This document shows, piece after piece, positions 17,290-25,253 of a DNA stretch of 64,000 nucleotides. The translations under genes and the position numbers were made by a program. The stretch covers positions 531-64,530 of the forward strand of contig SKSF01000102.1 of NCBI GenBank assembly GCA_007118095.1, written 5' to 3'. A model generated the notes under the pieces. That model searched no databases and was not told where the DNA came from. It worked only from the letters and a program-made list of their open reading frames with translations. The stretch's first letter is position 1, and every line of letters begins with the position of its first letter. The stretch comes from Dehalococcoidia bacterium. GTDB taxonomy: Bacteria > Chloroflexota > Dehalococcoidia > Tepidiformales > Tepidiformaceae.

Positions 17290-18963
17290 ATGAACCGGCC
17301 GGGGAGGCGCCCCGCGCTGGGGGGCTCGGGTATGCGCGGGATCGGTGGCCCTTCGCAGTCCCGGGGATTTGCGCGTGTCGCCGTGATGGCGCTCATTGTG
17401 GTGGCCATGCTCGCGGGCGGATGGTTTGCGGTCACACAGTTCTTTGGTGGCGGCTGCGATGAAGGGTATTGCGCCACGAGCCTCGACGTGGATCCGCCGC
17501 AGGGCTTCGCCTTTGCAAGCGACGTGTACGAATACCGCGGCGACGCACCCCGGATACCGGAAGGCAGCAGCATCGAAATCGATATCCCGATCGCCGAGGG
17601 GAGTGAAGCCTCGACCGGGTTGAGCTTCTACCGCTTCCTGCCAGACGAAGGTGCGTGGGACCACATCACCACAGCGGAGTTCGATGAAACCGGCGAACGG
17701 GCAATCGGCGTCTTCGAAGAGGTGCCGGCGACGATCGTGCTCATGCAGCGTGATACGCCAGCGGGACACGCGGCTGCGTTTCTCAACCCCGGCGACACAC
17801 TGCATCCGCAAGCGCGAGACGACCTGACAATGGTCCACACGCGAGACCTCACACCCACCGGCGGTGGGGGAGTCAGCGGCGAGGTATCGAACGTCGAGCT
17901 GCGCGCAGACCAGGAGCATTTCCCTGTCCTGATGGCAAACGAAGAGATTGAAGGGGCTATCGCGAATCTCGACGCGATCCTTGAATCCAGCAGTTCCCGG
18001 ACGAGCCATGTCCAGCAAATCGTGGAGTTCGTTTCGGACGCGGGCGTCGATGGTGTGAACCTGGCCTTCGTGGATCTCCGGGACGACCAGCGCACGTCGT
18101 ACGCGTTGCTCGTCGAAGAGCTGGGCACCGAGCTCGACCGGGCGGGGCTGCGCCTGGCTGTCACGCTTCCACCGCCGGAGCGCACGCAGGAAGGCATCGA
18201 CCCGGGGCCATACGACTGGGACGTGATTGGCCAGGCGGCAGACCTTGTGGTGATGCAGCCGATACTCGATCAGAGTAGCTACCGGAGCGACATGCCGCAC
18301 ATTTTGGAGTACCTGTCCGAGCAGATGCCGTTGAACAAGCTCCTGCTCTCGATTACTCCCTACGCAGTGGAGAAGGGCGAAGAGGTCCGGCGGCTCCAGC
18401 TTGTGGAAGCGATGCGCATCGCGACACAGATTGAGGTGGAGGACGGCAAACCGGCCACGAACGATAACGTTGCGCTCATCGCCCGTAACCTGGACCAGAC
18501 TGAGGGGCTGAGCGGGATGCTGTGGGACGAGAGCACGGCGACCGTTGCGTTCACCTACCGGGATGACGGTGGCCGGACGGTGTGGCTCGAGAACCAGTAC
18601 AGTGCAGGATTCAAACTGGAATTCGTCACGGCATACAACCTCGGCGGGTTCGCGGTCGACGATGCGAGCGATGACGAGATGCACGGGAACCTGTGGCCGG
18701 CGCTCGTCGATTTCATCCAGACGGGTGAACCTGACCTTGCCCGGCCCGATTCCGACACGCTCTCGCCCCAATGGGAGGTGACGGGCGGCAGCATCGAAGG
18801 CGGGCAGCGTGGCGTGGCGCGCTGGACGACGCCTTCGGAACCGGGGACCTATACGGTCGAGCTCCGGGTCAGCGACGGTGTCTTCACCTTCCAGAGCCAG
18901 ACCGAGGTCACCGTTGAACAGCGTGAGGAACCGGACGACGCCGACGACGCGGAAGGCGAGTAA
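17290..18963 (+). CDS. Membrane-anchored GH18 (chitinase/YaaH)-like protein lacking the catalytic DxDxE motif, with a C-terminal PKD-like domain
   Basis: N-terminal TM helix (VAVMALIVVAMLAGGWFAV). GH18-like core with VDGVNLAFVDL where DGxDxDxE is expected. The tail ARWTTPSEPGTYTVELRVSDGVFTF is PKD-like. Acidic end. Confidence 0.6.
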   Translation: MNRPGRRPALGGSGMRGIGGPSQSRGFARVAVMALIVVAMLAGGWFAVTQFFGGGCDEGYCATSLDVDPPQGFAFASDVYEYRGDAPRIPEGSSIEIDIPIAEGSEASTGLSFYRFLPDEGAWDHITTAEFDETGERAIGVFEEVPATIVLMQRDTPAGHAAAFLNPGDTLHPQARDDLTMVHTRDLTPTGGGGVSGEVSNVELRADQEHFPVLMANEEIEGAIANLDAILESSSSRTSHVQQIVEFVSDAGVDGVNLAFVDLRDDQRTSYALLVEELGTELDRAGLRLAVTLPPPERTQEGIDPGPYDWDVIGQAADLVVMQPILDQSSYRSDMPHILEYLSEQMPLNKLLLSITPYAVEKGEEVRRLQLVEAMRIATQIEVEDGKPATNDNVALIARNLDQTEGLSGMLWDESTATVAFTYRDDGGRTVWLENQYSAGFKLEFVTAYNLGGFAVDDASDDEMHGNLWPALVDFIQTGEPDLARPDSDTLSPQWEVTGGSIEGGQRGVARWTTPSEPGTYTVELRVSDGVFTFQSQTEVTVEQREEPDDADDAEGE

Positions 18964-19019
18964 CGTGAGGAACGACCTGCCGGGACACCACGGCTGCCAA
19001 GAAAGGCACAATTAACACA

Positions 19020-19580
19020 ATGGCAAGCAGCCGGCTTCGAATCGCGGGTGGTGCAGCCCGGGGCGTCCCGATCACGGAACCGCGTGGGCACCGGCTGCGC
19101 CCCACGGCTGGCCGGGTCCGGGAGGCCATCTTCAACATCATCGGGGACGAGGTGAGCGGCGCCCGTGTGCTCGACTGCTATGCGGGTACCGGCGCGATGG
19201 GACTCGAAGCGCTGAGCCGGGGCGCGAGCGAGGCAATATTCCTCGAGTCACACCCCGCGGCCTGCAAGGCGATCCTGGACACGCTCGTCCGGACCGAGTT
19301 TCGCGACCGGGCGCAGGTGCTGCGGGGAAAGCTCCCGGCAGCGCTCAAGGCCGTAGTGCCACCGTTCGACCTGATCTTCCTCGACCCGCCATATGACGAT
19401 GAGTTCGCGCCGGAGCTGCTCGCCGACCTCGGTGCGTTGCTTTCGAGCGGTGGAACTGTCGTCTACGAACACCGCAGCCGCTACAATCCGCCGGAACGTG
19501 TGGGTGGACTCTCGCTGTCGGAACGCCGCGAGTACGGGGACAGCGCAATCGCCATCTACCACGGAGAGGAGAGCGCATGA
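19020..19580 (+). CDS. rsmD: 16S rRNA (guanine966-N2)-methyltransferase RsmD
   Basis: RIAGGAARGVPI..LRPTAGRVREAIFNII, LDCYAGTGAMGLEALSRGA, FLDPPY. Confidence 0.9.
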   Translation: MASSRLRIAGGAARGVPITEPRGHRLRPTAGRVREAIFNIIGDEVSGARVLDCYAGTGAMGLEALSRGASEAIFLESHPAACKAILDTLVRTEFRDRAQVLRGKLPAALKAVVPPFDLIFLDPPYDDEFAPELLADLGALLSSGGTVVYEHRSRYNPPERVGGLSLSERREYGDSAIAIYHGEESA

Positions 19581-20065
19581 GGATCGCGGTTTTTCCCGGG
19601 GGATTCGACCCGGTCACGAACGGGCACCTGGACCTGGTGAAGCGCATGACGCACCTGTTCGACCGGGTGATCGTGGCGGTGGTGAAAGGGCGCGACAAGG
19701 GTGCACTCTTTAGCTGGGACGAACGCATTGAGCTCTTCAAGAAGGCGGTCGAGCACATGCCCAACGTCGAAGTCGAAGGCTTCGATGAGATGACCGTGGA
19801 GTACGCAACGCGGAAGGGCGCCATCGCCATCGTGCGGGGTATCCGCGCCGTCAGCGACTTCGAGGCAGAGTTCGACATGGCGCTCATGAACCGGAAGATG
19901 GCGCCGAACCTTGAGTCCGTGTACCTCATGACGAACCAGGAGTTCCTCTACATCAGTGCGAGCCGCATCCGCGAGGTCTCGCGGCTTGGCTATGATGTAG
20001 CGGACCTGGTGCCACCCCATGTGCGCACCGCGATACGCGAGCGGCTCGGCCAGACCGACGAATAA
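19577..20065 (+). CDS. coaD: Phosphopantetheine adenylyltransferase
   Basis: MRIAVFPGGFDPVTNGHLDLVKR, RGIRAVSDFEAEFDMALMNR, ISASRIREV. 4-nt overlap with rsmD. Confidence 0.96.
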   Translation: MRIAVFPGGFDPVTNGHLDLVKRMTHLFDRVIVAVVKGRDKGALFSWDERIELFKKAVEHMPNVEVEGFDEMTVEYATRKGAIAIVRGIRAVSDFEAEFDMALMNRKMAPNLESVYLMTNQEFLYISASRIREVSRLGYDVADLVPPHVRTAIRERLGQTDE

Positions 20066-20082
20066 GGGAACGGACGCGACCT

Positions 20083-20598
20083 GTGGAGCTTCCCGAGCTG
20101 ATCGATAGCCTCGAAGACCTTGTGGTCCAGGCGCGCCGGCTCCCGGTCGGCGGCAACCTGGTGGTCGACCGCAAACGTATGCTCGACCTCATCGATCAGT
20201 TCAGGCTCGCCGTGCCCGAAGACCTCCAACAGGCACAGCAGATGCTGGAGGCGCGCGAACAGATCATCCAGGAGGCGCGTGACACGGCGAAGCAGATCGT
20301 GGAACAGGCGGAAACGGAGCGGGAACGGCTCCTGGAGCAGAACGCGATCGTGGTGGACGCGCGAGAACGCGGACACGCTATCCTGGCTGACGCCGAACAG
20401 CGGGCACAGCAAACCATCGCCGAGGCAGATTCTACGGCGGCGGCACACCTGAGCGAGGCCGCGGACGCGGCGAAGCAGCAGATGGATGACGCCGACCAGT
20501 ACGCGCTCGAGGTGCTCCGCCGCCTGCAATCGCAGATGCAGAGCTACCTCGAGTCGGTGCGTACCAGTATCAACAGCCTGGAGCAGGATCGCTCCTGA
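20083..20598 (+). CDS. Coiled-coil protein (ATP-synthase-b / DivIVA-like heptad-rich, function unknown)
   Basis: 171 aa with a GTG start. Long Q/E/A/R-rich helical stretch (AQQMLEAREQIIQEARDTAKQIVEQAETERERLLEQ...). No catalytic motifs. Confidence 0.6.
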   Translation: MELPELIDSLEDLVVQARRLPVGGNLVVDRKRMLDLIDQFRLAVPEDLQQAQQMLEAREQIIQEARDTAKQIVEQAETERERLLEQNAIVVDARERGHAILADAEQRAQQTIAEADSTAAAHLSEAADAAKQQMDDADQYALEVLRRLQSQMQSYLESVRTSINSLEQDRS

Positions 20599-20605
20599 CT
20601 GACTG

Positions 20606-21337
20606 CTAGGAGGAGCGGCTCTCCCGGCTGTCGGCAGCGCTATCGTCAGACGACACAAGCGCGAACGAGGGCGCCTCACGGCCACGGTTGCCCGAACCAC
20701 CCTTGCGGTTGCCACCGCTGGATTTCTCTTCTTCGGGTTCCGCGTCGCGTGCTTCAGCCGCAGGCTCTTCGTTCTTGCGGCTGCCGCGGCGCCGGTTGCT
20801 AGCGGCGCTTGTGACCTCGCCGGTGTAGTTCGTTTCGACCGAACCCGAGATCGAAGCTCCCTCTTCGACCACGAGCGAACCGGCCCGGATGGTGGCGTTT
20901 ACGACGGCGGTCGATGCAAGGCGGAGCCGCCCCGAGCATGTGATGTCGCCATCGATGGTGCCGAGGATCTCGCATTCCTGCGCCTGGATCTGGGCGCGGG
21001 CGGTTGCGGTCCGTTCGACCGTGAGGACGCCGCGGCAGGTGATCTCGCCGGAGATGGTGCCCTGGATGCGGAGGTCGTTGTCAGCCTGGAAATGGCCTTC
21101 GACGACCGCGCCGCTGTCGACAACGCTTTCTACCGCGGATGAGGGCGGCGGCGCCGGTTCTTCAGCGGGCTGGCCCCCTTCCTGGGGACGTGGAGCGCCG
21201 CCACGTTCGTGGCGGGCGAAGGAAAACGGAGACCGTGATTCCTGTCCACCAGCCTGGTTTGTGTCAGCGTCCATATGTTCCTCACGATCTTCGTACTCGG
21301 GTGTGCGGCGTTCTGTTCCGCCACGCTTAAACTGCAT
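20606..21337 (-). CDS. Bactofilin-family polymer-forming cytoskeletal protein with long disordered termini
   Basis: Central beta-helical repeat pattern (VVEGHFQADNDLRIQGTISGEITCRGVLTVERTATARAQIQAQECEILGTIDGDITCSGRLRLASTAVVNATIRAGSLVVEEGASISGSV). The ATG at 21337 is 5 nt after AAAGGAGG. Confidence 0.85.
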   Translation of the reverse strand: MQFKRGGTERRTPEYEDREEHMDADTNQAGGQESRSPFSFARHERGGAPRPQEGGQPAEEPAPPPSSAVESVVDSGAVVEGHFQADNDLRIQGTISGEITCRGVLTVERTATARAQIQAQECEILGTIDGDITCSGRLRLASTAVVNATIRAGSLVVEEGASISGSVETNYTGEVTSAASNRRRGSRKNEEPAAEARDAEPEEEKSSGGNRKGGSGNRGREAPSFALVSSDDSAADSRESRSS

Positions 21338-21366
21338 CACGGCCTCCTTTTCCGCGTATGCGGGGT

Positions 21367-21387
21367 TTCGATTACGCGGTAATCGAA
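21367..21387. promoter_or_regulatory. Perfect palindrome TTCGATTAC-GCG-GTAATCGAA upstream of the bactofilin gene (operator or 5'-UTR hairpin)
   Basis: 9-bp arms read directly, about 30 nt upstream of the ATG. A related half-site GGTTTCGAATC recurs about 32 nt away (around 21399). Confidence 0.3.
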
Positions 21388-21508
21388 TGCACGGTTGCGG
21401 TTTCGAATCTGGTCGGAACCGTATCCCGGCCCCCAGACCCTGTCTAGGCAGGGTGCTGAGGGATTACCCACATTTTACGGAAGACGTTTTACCCGCCACA
21501 CGTGGTCA

Positions 21509-23947
21509 TTAGACCACAATATTGACGAGTTTGCCCGGCACGTAGATGACTTTCCTGGGGGTTTTTTGGCCGACGGAGGCTCCGACCTTCTCCAATGCGA
21601 GCGCTGCTTCCTTCGCCTGGCCTTCTTCGGCGTCCACCGCAAGCATCATGCGGTCGCGGACCTTACCGTTCACCTGGACGACGATCTCGACCTCGTCGTC
21701 GCGTGCAAGCTCCTCGTCGAACTCGGGCCATGGCTGCTGGTGGATGCTGTAGCTGTTGCCACGACGGGCCCAGAGTTCTTCGCTGATGTGCGGCGCCAGC
21801 GGGGCGACCAACAGGAGCAGGGAATCGCGGGCCTCGGTCCAGGCGGCGTCGTCCACCGGACCAGCGTCGCGCGCCTTTTGCATCGCGGTTGTGAACTCCA
21901 TGAGCCGCGCAATCAGCGTGTTGAACCGGAAGGACTCGATGTCCTGGGTGACTTCCCGGATCGTCTTATGCGTGAGACGGCGCAGGTCGCGGGTGGAAGG
22001 CTCGCCCGGCATGGACGCTGTCTCGACGGGGTCGACGATGAGCGACCAGATGCGGTTGAGCCATCGGACGATGCCGGCCATGCCAGTCGGGTTGTACGGG
22101 CCGCCCTGGTCCCACGGGCCGATGAACATGAGCTGGCAACGGAATGCATCGGCGCCGTGTTCGCGCACCTGGTCGTCGGGTGCGACGACGTTGCCACGGC
22201 TCTTGGACATGCGGTTCCCATCGGGGCCGAGGATGACGCCCTGGTTGAACAGCCGCAGCATCGGCTCGGGCCCTTCGACCTTGCCCATGTCCCGCGCTGC
22301 CTTCCAGAAGAAGCGGGTGTAGAGCAGGTGCATCACCGCGTGTTCGGCGCCGCCGGTGTACTGGTCCACGGGCAGCCATTTCCGGCCCAGCTCCGGGTCG
22401 AAGGGCGCTTCGTCGTTCTGCGAATCGACGAAGCGCATCTGGTACCAGCTCGAACACATGAACGTGTCCAGCGTGTCGGTCTCCCGCCTGGCCGGGCTTT
22501 CGCACTGCGGGCATTGGACACTGACCCACTCTTCCGCCTCGGTGAGTGGTGACTTGCCACTCGACTGGAAGGTCACGTTTTCTGGCAGCAACACGGGAAG
22601 CTGCGATTCCGGCACCGGCACCGCGCCGCACGTATCGCAATGGATCATGGGGATAGGGGCGCCCCAGAACCGCTGGCGGGAGATGATCCAGTCGCGGAGG
22701 CGATAGGAGACGGTCCGTTCGCCCAGGCCGCGCTCTTCAACCGCTTTGGTTAGCCTTGCTTTTGCTTGCTCGAAGGGTGTGCCGTCGAACTCGCCGGAGT
22801 TGATCATGACGCGGCCTTCAATGAAGGCGGCTTCCAGCGGCTTCGAGGTGTCTACCTCGTCGCTATCGAAGACGGGGATGATGGGCAGGCCAAACTGCTG
22901 CGCAAATTCGAAGTCGCGTTCGTCGTGTGCTGGCACGGCCATGATGGCGCCGGTCCCATAGGTCACCAGTACGTAGTCGGCGATCCAGATGGGGATACGC
23001 TCGCCATTGAACGGGTTGATGGCATATCCGCCGGTGAAAACGCCGGTCTTTTCGCGCTCGGTGGACATGCGCTCGATCTCAGTCTGGTGCGAAGCCTGGG
23101 TGCAGTAGGCTTCGACCTCTTCGCGGTGCTCCGGTGTCGTGACGCGCTGGACCAGCCGGTGTTCGGGCGCCAGGACCATGAAGGTCGCACCAAAGATGGT
23201 ATCCGGGCGCGTGGTGAAGACGGGCAGATCTTCGTCGACGCCTTCGACCTCGAAGCTGATGGTCGCGCCCTCGGAACGGCCAATCCAGTTCGTCTGCATG
23301 GTCTTGATGCGCTCGGGCCAGTCGATGCCGTCGAAGTTGAGCAGCTCTTCGGCATATTCGGTGATGCGGAAGAACCACTGTGTGAGGAACTGACGTTCGA
23401 CCACAGAGTCGCAGCGCTCACAACGCCCGTCGAGCACCTGCTCGTTTGCCAGGACGGTATTGCAGCCGGGGCACCAATTGGCGAGCGCTTCGTCGCGGTA
23501 GGCGAGGCCCTGCTCCCACAGTTTGAGGAACCACCACTGGCTCCACTTGTAATAGGAGGGGTCGCTGGTGACGATCTCGCGGTCCCAGTCGAAGCCGGCA
23601 CCCATCATTCGGAGCTGGGAGCGCATTTGCTCGATGTTTCCATAGGTCCACGCGCGCGGGTCGACGCCGCGCTTGATGGCCGCGTTTTCGGCCGGCAGGC
23701 CGAAGGAGTCGAAGCCCATGGGGAACATGACGTTGTATCCGCGCATGCGTCGATAGCGCGCGGCGGCGTCGCTGGGTGCCATCGCGTACCAGTGGCCGGT
23801 GTGCAGGTCCCCCGAAGGGTAGGGAAACATGGTGAGCGCATACCATTTCGGCCGCGGGTCGTCGTCGGGGGCGTGGTAGAGGCGGTCGGCCTCCCAGCGT
23901 TCACGCCAGCGCGGCTCGATGGTGTGTGGGTCGTAGCGGTCGGACAT
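21509..23947 (-). CDS. leuS: Leucyl-tRNA synthetase
   Basis: 812 aa. HIGH-type motif (PYPSGDLHTGH), CP1 editing domain, KMSKS (NRMSKSRGN). Confidence 0.97.
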   Translation of the reverse strand: MSDRYDPHTIEPRWRERWEADRLYHAPDDDPRPKWYALTMFPYPSGDLHTGHWYAMAPSDAAARYRRMRGYNVMFPMGFDSFGLPAENAAIKRGVDPRAWTYGNIEQMRSQLRMMGAGFDWDREIVTSDPSYYKWSQWWFLKLWEQGLAYRDEALANWCPGCNTVLANEQVLDGRCERCDSVVERQFLTQWFFRITEYAEELLNFDGIDWPERIKTMQTNWIGRSEGATISFEVEGVDEDLPVFTTRPDTIFGATFMVLAPEHRLVQRVTTPEHREEVEAYCTQASHQTEIERMSTEREKTGVFTGGYAINPFNGERIPIWIADYVLVTYGTGAIMAVPAHDERDFEFAQQFGLPIIPVFDSDEVDTSKPLEAAFIEGRVMINSGEFDGTPFEQAKARLTKAVEERGLGERTVSYRLRDWIISRQRFWGAPIPMIHCDTCGAVPVPESQLPVLLPENVTFQSSGKSPLTEAEEWVSVQCPQCESPARRETDTLDTFMCSSWYQMRFVDSQNDEAPFDPELGRKWLPVDQYTGGAEHAVMHLLYTRFFWKAARDMGKVEGPEPMLRLFNQGVILGPDGNRMSKSRGNVVAPDDQVREHGADAFRCQLMFIGPWDQGGPYNPTGMAGIVRWLNRIWSLIVDPVETASMPGEPSTRDLRRLTHKTIREVTQDIESFRFNTLIARLMEFTTAMQKARDAGPVDDAAWTEARDSLLLLVAPLAPHISEELWARRGNSYSIHQQPWPEFDEELARDDEVEIVVQVNGKVRDRMMLAVDAEEGQAKEAALALEKVGASVGQKTPRKVIYVPGKLVNIVV

Positions 23948-24233
23948 CTCGGTACTCCTGGCTTCACTGCGCGCACGGACGCGCGCCGGACGTCGTTCGG
24001 TGCGTGCCTTCGAGGACTGCCCCGCCGGCTATGCGCCGCGGGGCAGTCCAAGTGCGAGTGTAAGGGGAGATAGCTTTCCGGCCATGCGGAGGCCAGGTGC
24101 GCGCAGGTGCACCTGGCGTGGCGACGGGATCACGGGCGTGCATCTGTGCACGGCGCGGCTCCTGGTGAGGCCGCGATCTCTTGTGCGCACGGCCTCTCGT
24201 TTGACAAAGCCTAGCAGGGGACCGGATGTCCCG
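23948..24233 (-). promoter_or_regulatory. Long, hairpin-rich 5' leader of leuS (regulatory RNA candidate, class not established)
   Basis: The 285-nt gap has no credible ORF. It contains a perfect 12-bp stem at 24014..24049, an 8-bp stem at 24093..24116 with an overlapping AGGTGCACCT palindrome, and a 7-bp stem at 24167..24196 whose loop carries AGAGA. AGGAG SD lies just before the ATG. Confidence 0.4.
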
Positions 24234-24878
24234 TCACGATGACGGGCTGGGCTGTTCGCGATAGTGGGCAATGAACAGGGTCTCGTATTCACGTTCGCCC
24301 GAGCAGTCGTTGCAGGTGAGGTACCACATCCAGACCGCGTCGGGTTTCTTGCCATAGCGCTCGATCGCGGCGTCGGTGGTTGCCTGGGCCTGTTTGCCAA
24401 TCTCCCCCCACGGTGCGGGCAGGAGCTTGCTGTACGCGATGCCACCCGGCATGACGACGCCTTTGTCGCCCGGGTCGGCCTTCTCAACTTCGAGCAACAC
24501 AGGCCGCCGGAAGCGCCCGGGGCCGAGCAAGACCATGGCATCTTCGGGGACGGTGGCGCCGGCGGCGTCGGCGGCGTCGCGGAGGTCGTCACGCAGCTTT
24601 GCGAACCCGAGCGGGACACCCATGAGGGCCTTCGCATGGACCTGCACGAACTGGATATCGCCCCAGTCGCTTTCGATGTCGTCCCATTCCTCCGGGTCGA
24701 GTCTCGGGCAGTCGCATTCTGCGGGCGCGGCTTCGTCTGCCGGCTCGTCATCGACAGCTTCGGCTGTGGAAGCGGCGGCGGCATCGGATTCCCCGGGCGC
24801 AGCCCCTGGCGCTTGCTGCTTTGATTTGGACGGTTTTCCCTTGTTGTCCAGGCGGGTCCGTCGTTTGCGTCGTGCCAT
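24234..24878 (-). CDS. Hypothetical protein (214 aa) with a basic/acidic disordered N-terminus and a Cys-containing globular C-terminal domain
   Basis: MARRKRRTRLDNKGKPSKSKQQ.. is followed by an acidic stretch. The domain begins CDCPRLDPEEWDD and ends WMWYLTCNDCSGEREYETLFIAHY. No family recognised. Confidence 0.6.
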   Translation of the reverse strand: MARRKRRTRLDNKGKPSKSKQQAPGAAPGESDAAAASTAEAVDDEPADEAAPAECDCPRLDPEEWDDIESDWGDIQFVQVHAKALMGVPLGFAKLRDDLRDAADAAGATVPEDAMVLLGPGRFRRPVLLEVEKADPGDKGVVMPGGIAYSKLLPAPWGEIGKQAQATTDAAIERYGKKPDAVWMWYLTCNDCSGEREYETLFIAHYREQPSPSS

Positions 24879-24914
24879 AGCCCAAGGATATCAGCGGGAG
24901 GCCAACCGGGCCTG

Positions 24915-25253
24915 TCAGGCGTACTTCGCGCGAACCTCTTCGAGGATGGTCGGGTCGTCGGTGAGGGCTTTCTTTCCCACGAAAGTCACGGGGTCGATGC
25001 GCGACGCCCGCACCTTGCGCTCGATGATGGCGCGGCCAAGGTGCTCCATGAGCTTCTGGCGGTTGTCCGGGGTGTCCTCGATTCCAAGCTCGCCCATGAC
25101 ATATTCGAGGGTGGGGATATTAATGAAGACGCCGAACTCCCGTTCGAGGCCGGGCGCGTAGAAGTTTGCCTGCTCGGCGCCCATGAGTTCAGCACCTTCG
25201 CCCGGTCCCTCGTAGAGGATCGGCGCGCTCGGTGTGTCCATCTCTGCAATCAT
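24915..25253 (-). CDS. Hypothetical protein (112 aa), translationally coupled to argG
   Basis: The ATG overlaps the argG stop (4-nt overlap at 25250..25253). GC3-rich codons. No family recognised. Confidence 0.6.
   Translation of the reverse strand: MIAEMDTPSAPILYEGPGEGAELMGAEQANFYAPGLEREFGVFINIPTLEYVMGELGIEDTPDNRQKLMEHLGRAIIERKVRASRIDPVTFVGKKALTDDPTILEEVRAKYA

Noticed and set aside
17254-19011. 585-aa minus-strand ORF covering the whole GH18-like gene
   Set aside because: Antisense shadow ORF typical of high-GC DNA. The translation is Arg/Pro/His/Val-rich with no motifs, while the plus-strand frame has a TM anchor, GH18-like and PKD-like features and a proper SD.
23948-24233. Calling the leuS leader a T-box riboswitch
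   Set aside because: I could not find the conserved T-box sequence (..GGGTGGTACCGCG..). The closest match, AGGTGCACCTGCG, matches at only about half the positions. I could not find a convincing specifier loop. It is therefore kept only as an unclassified structured leader.
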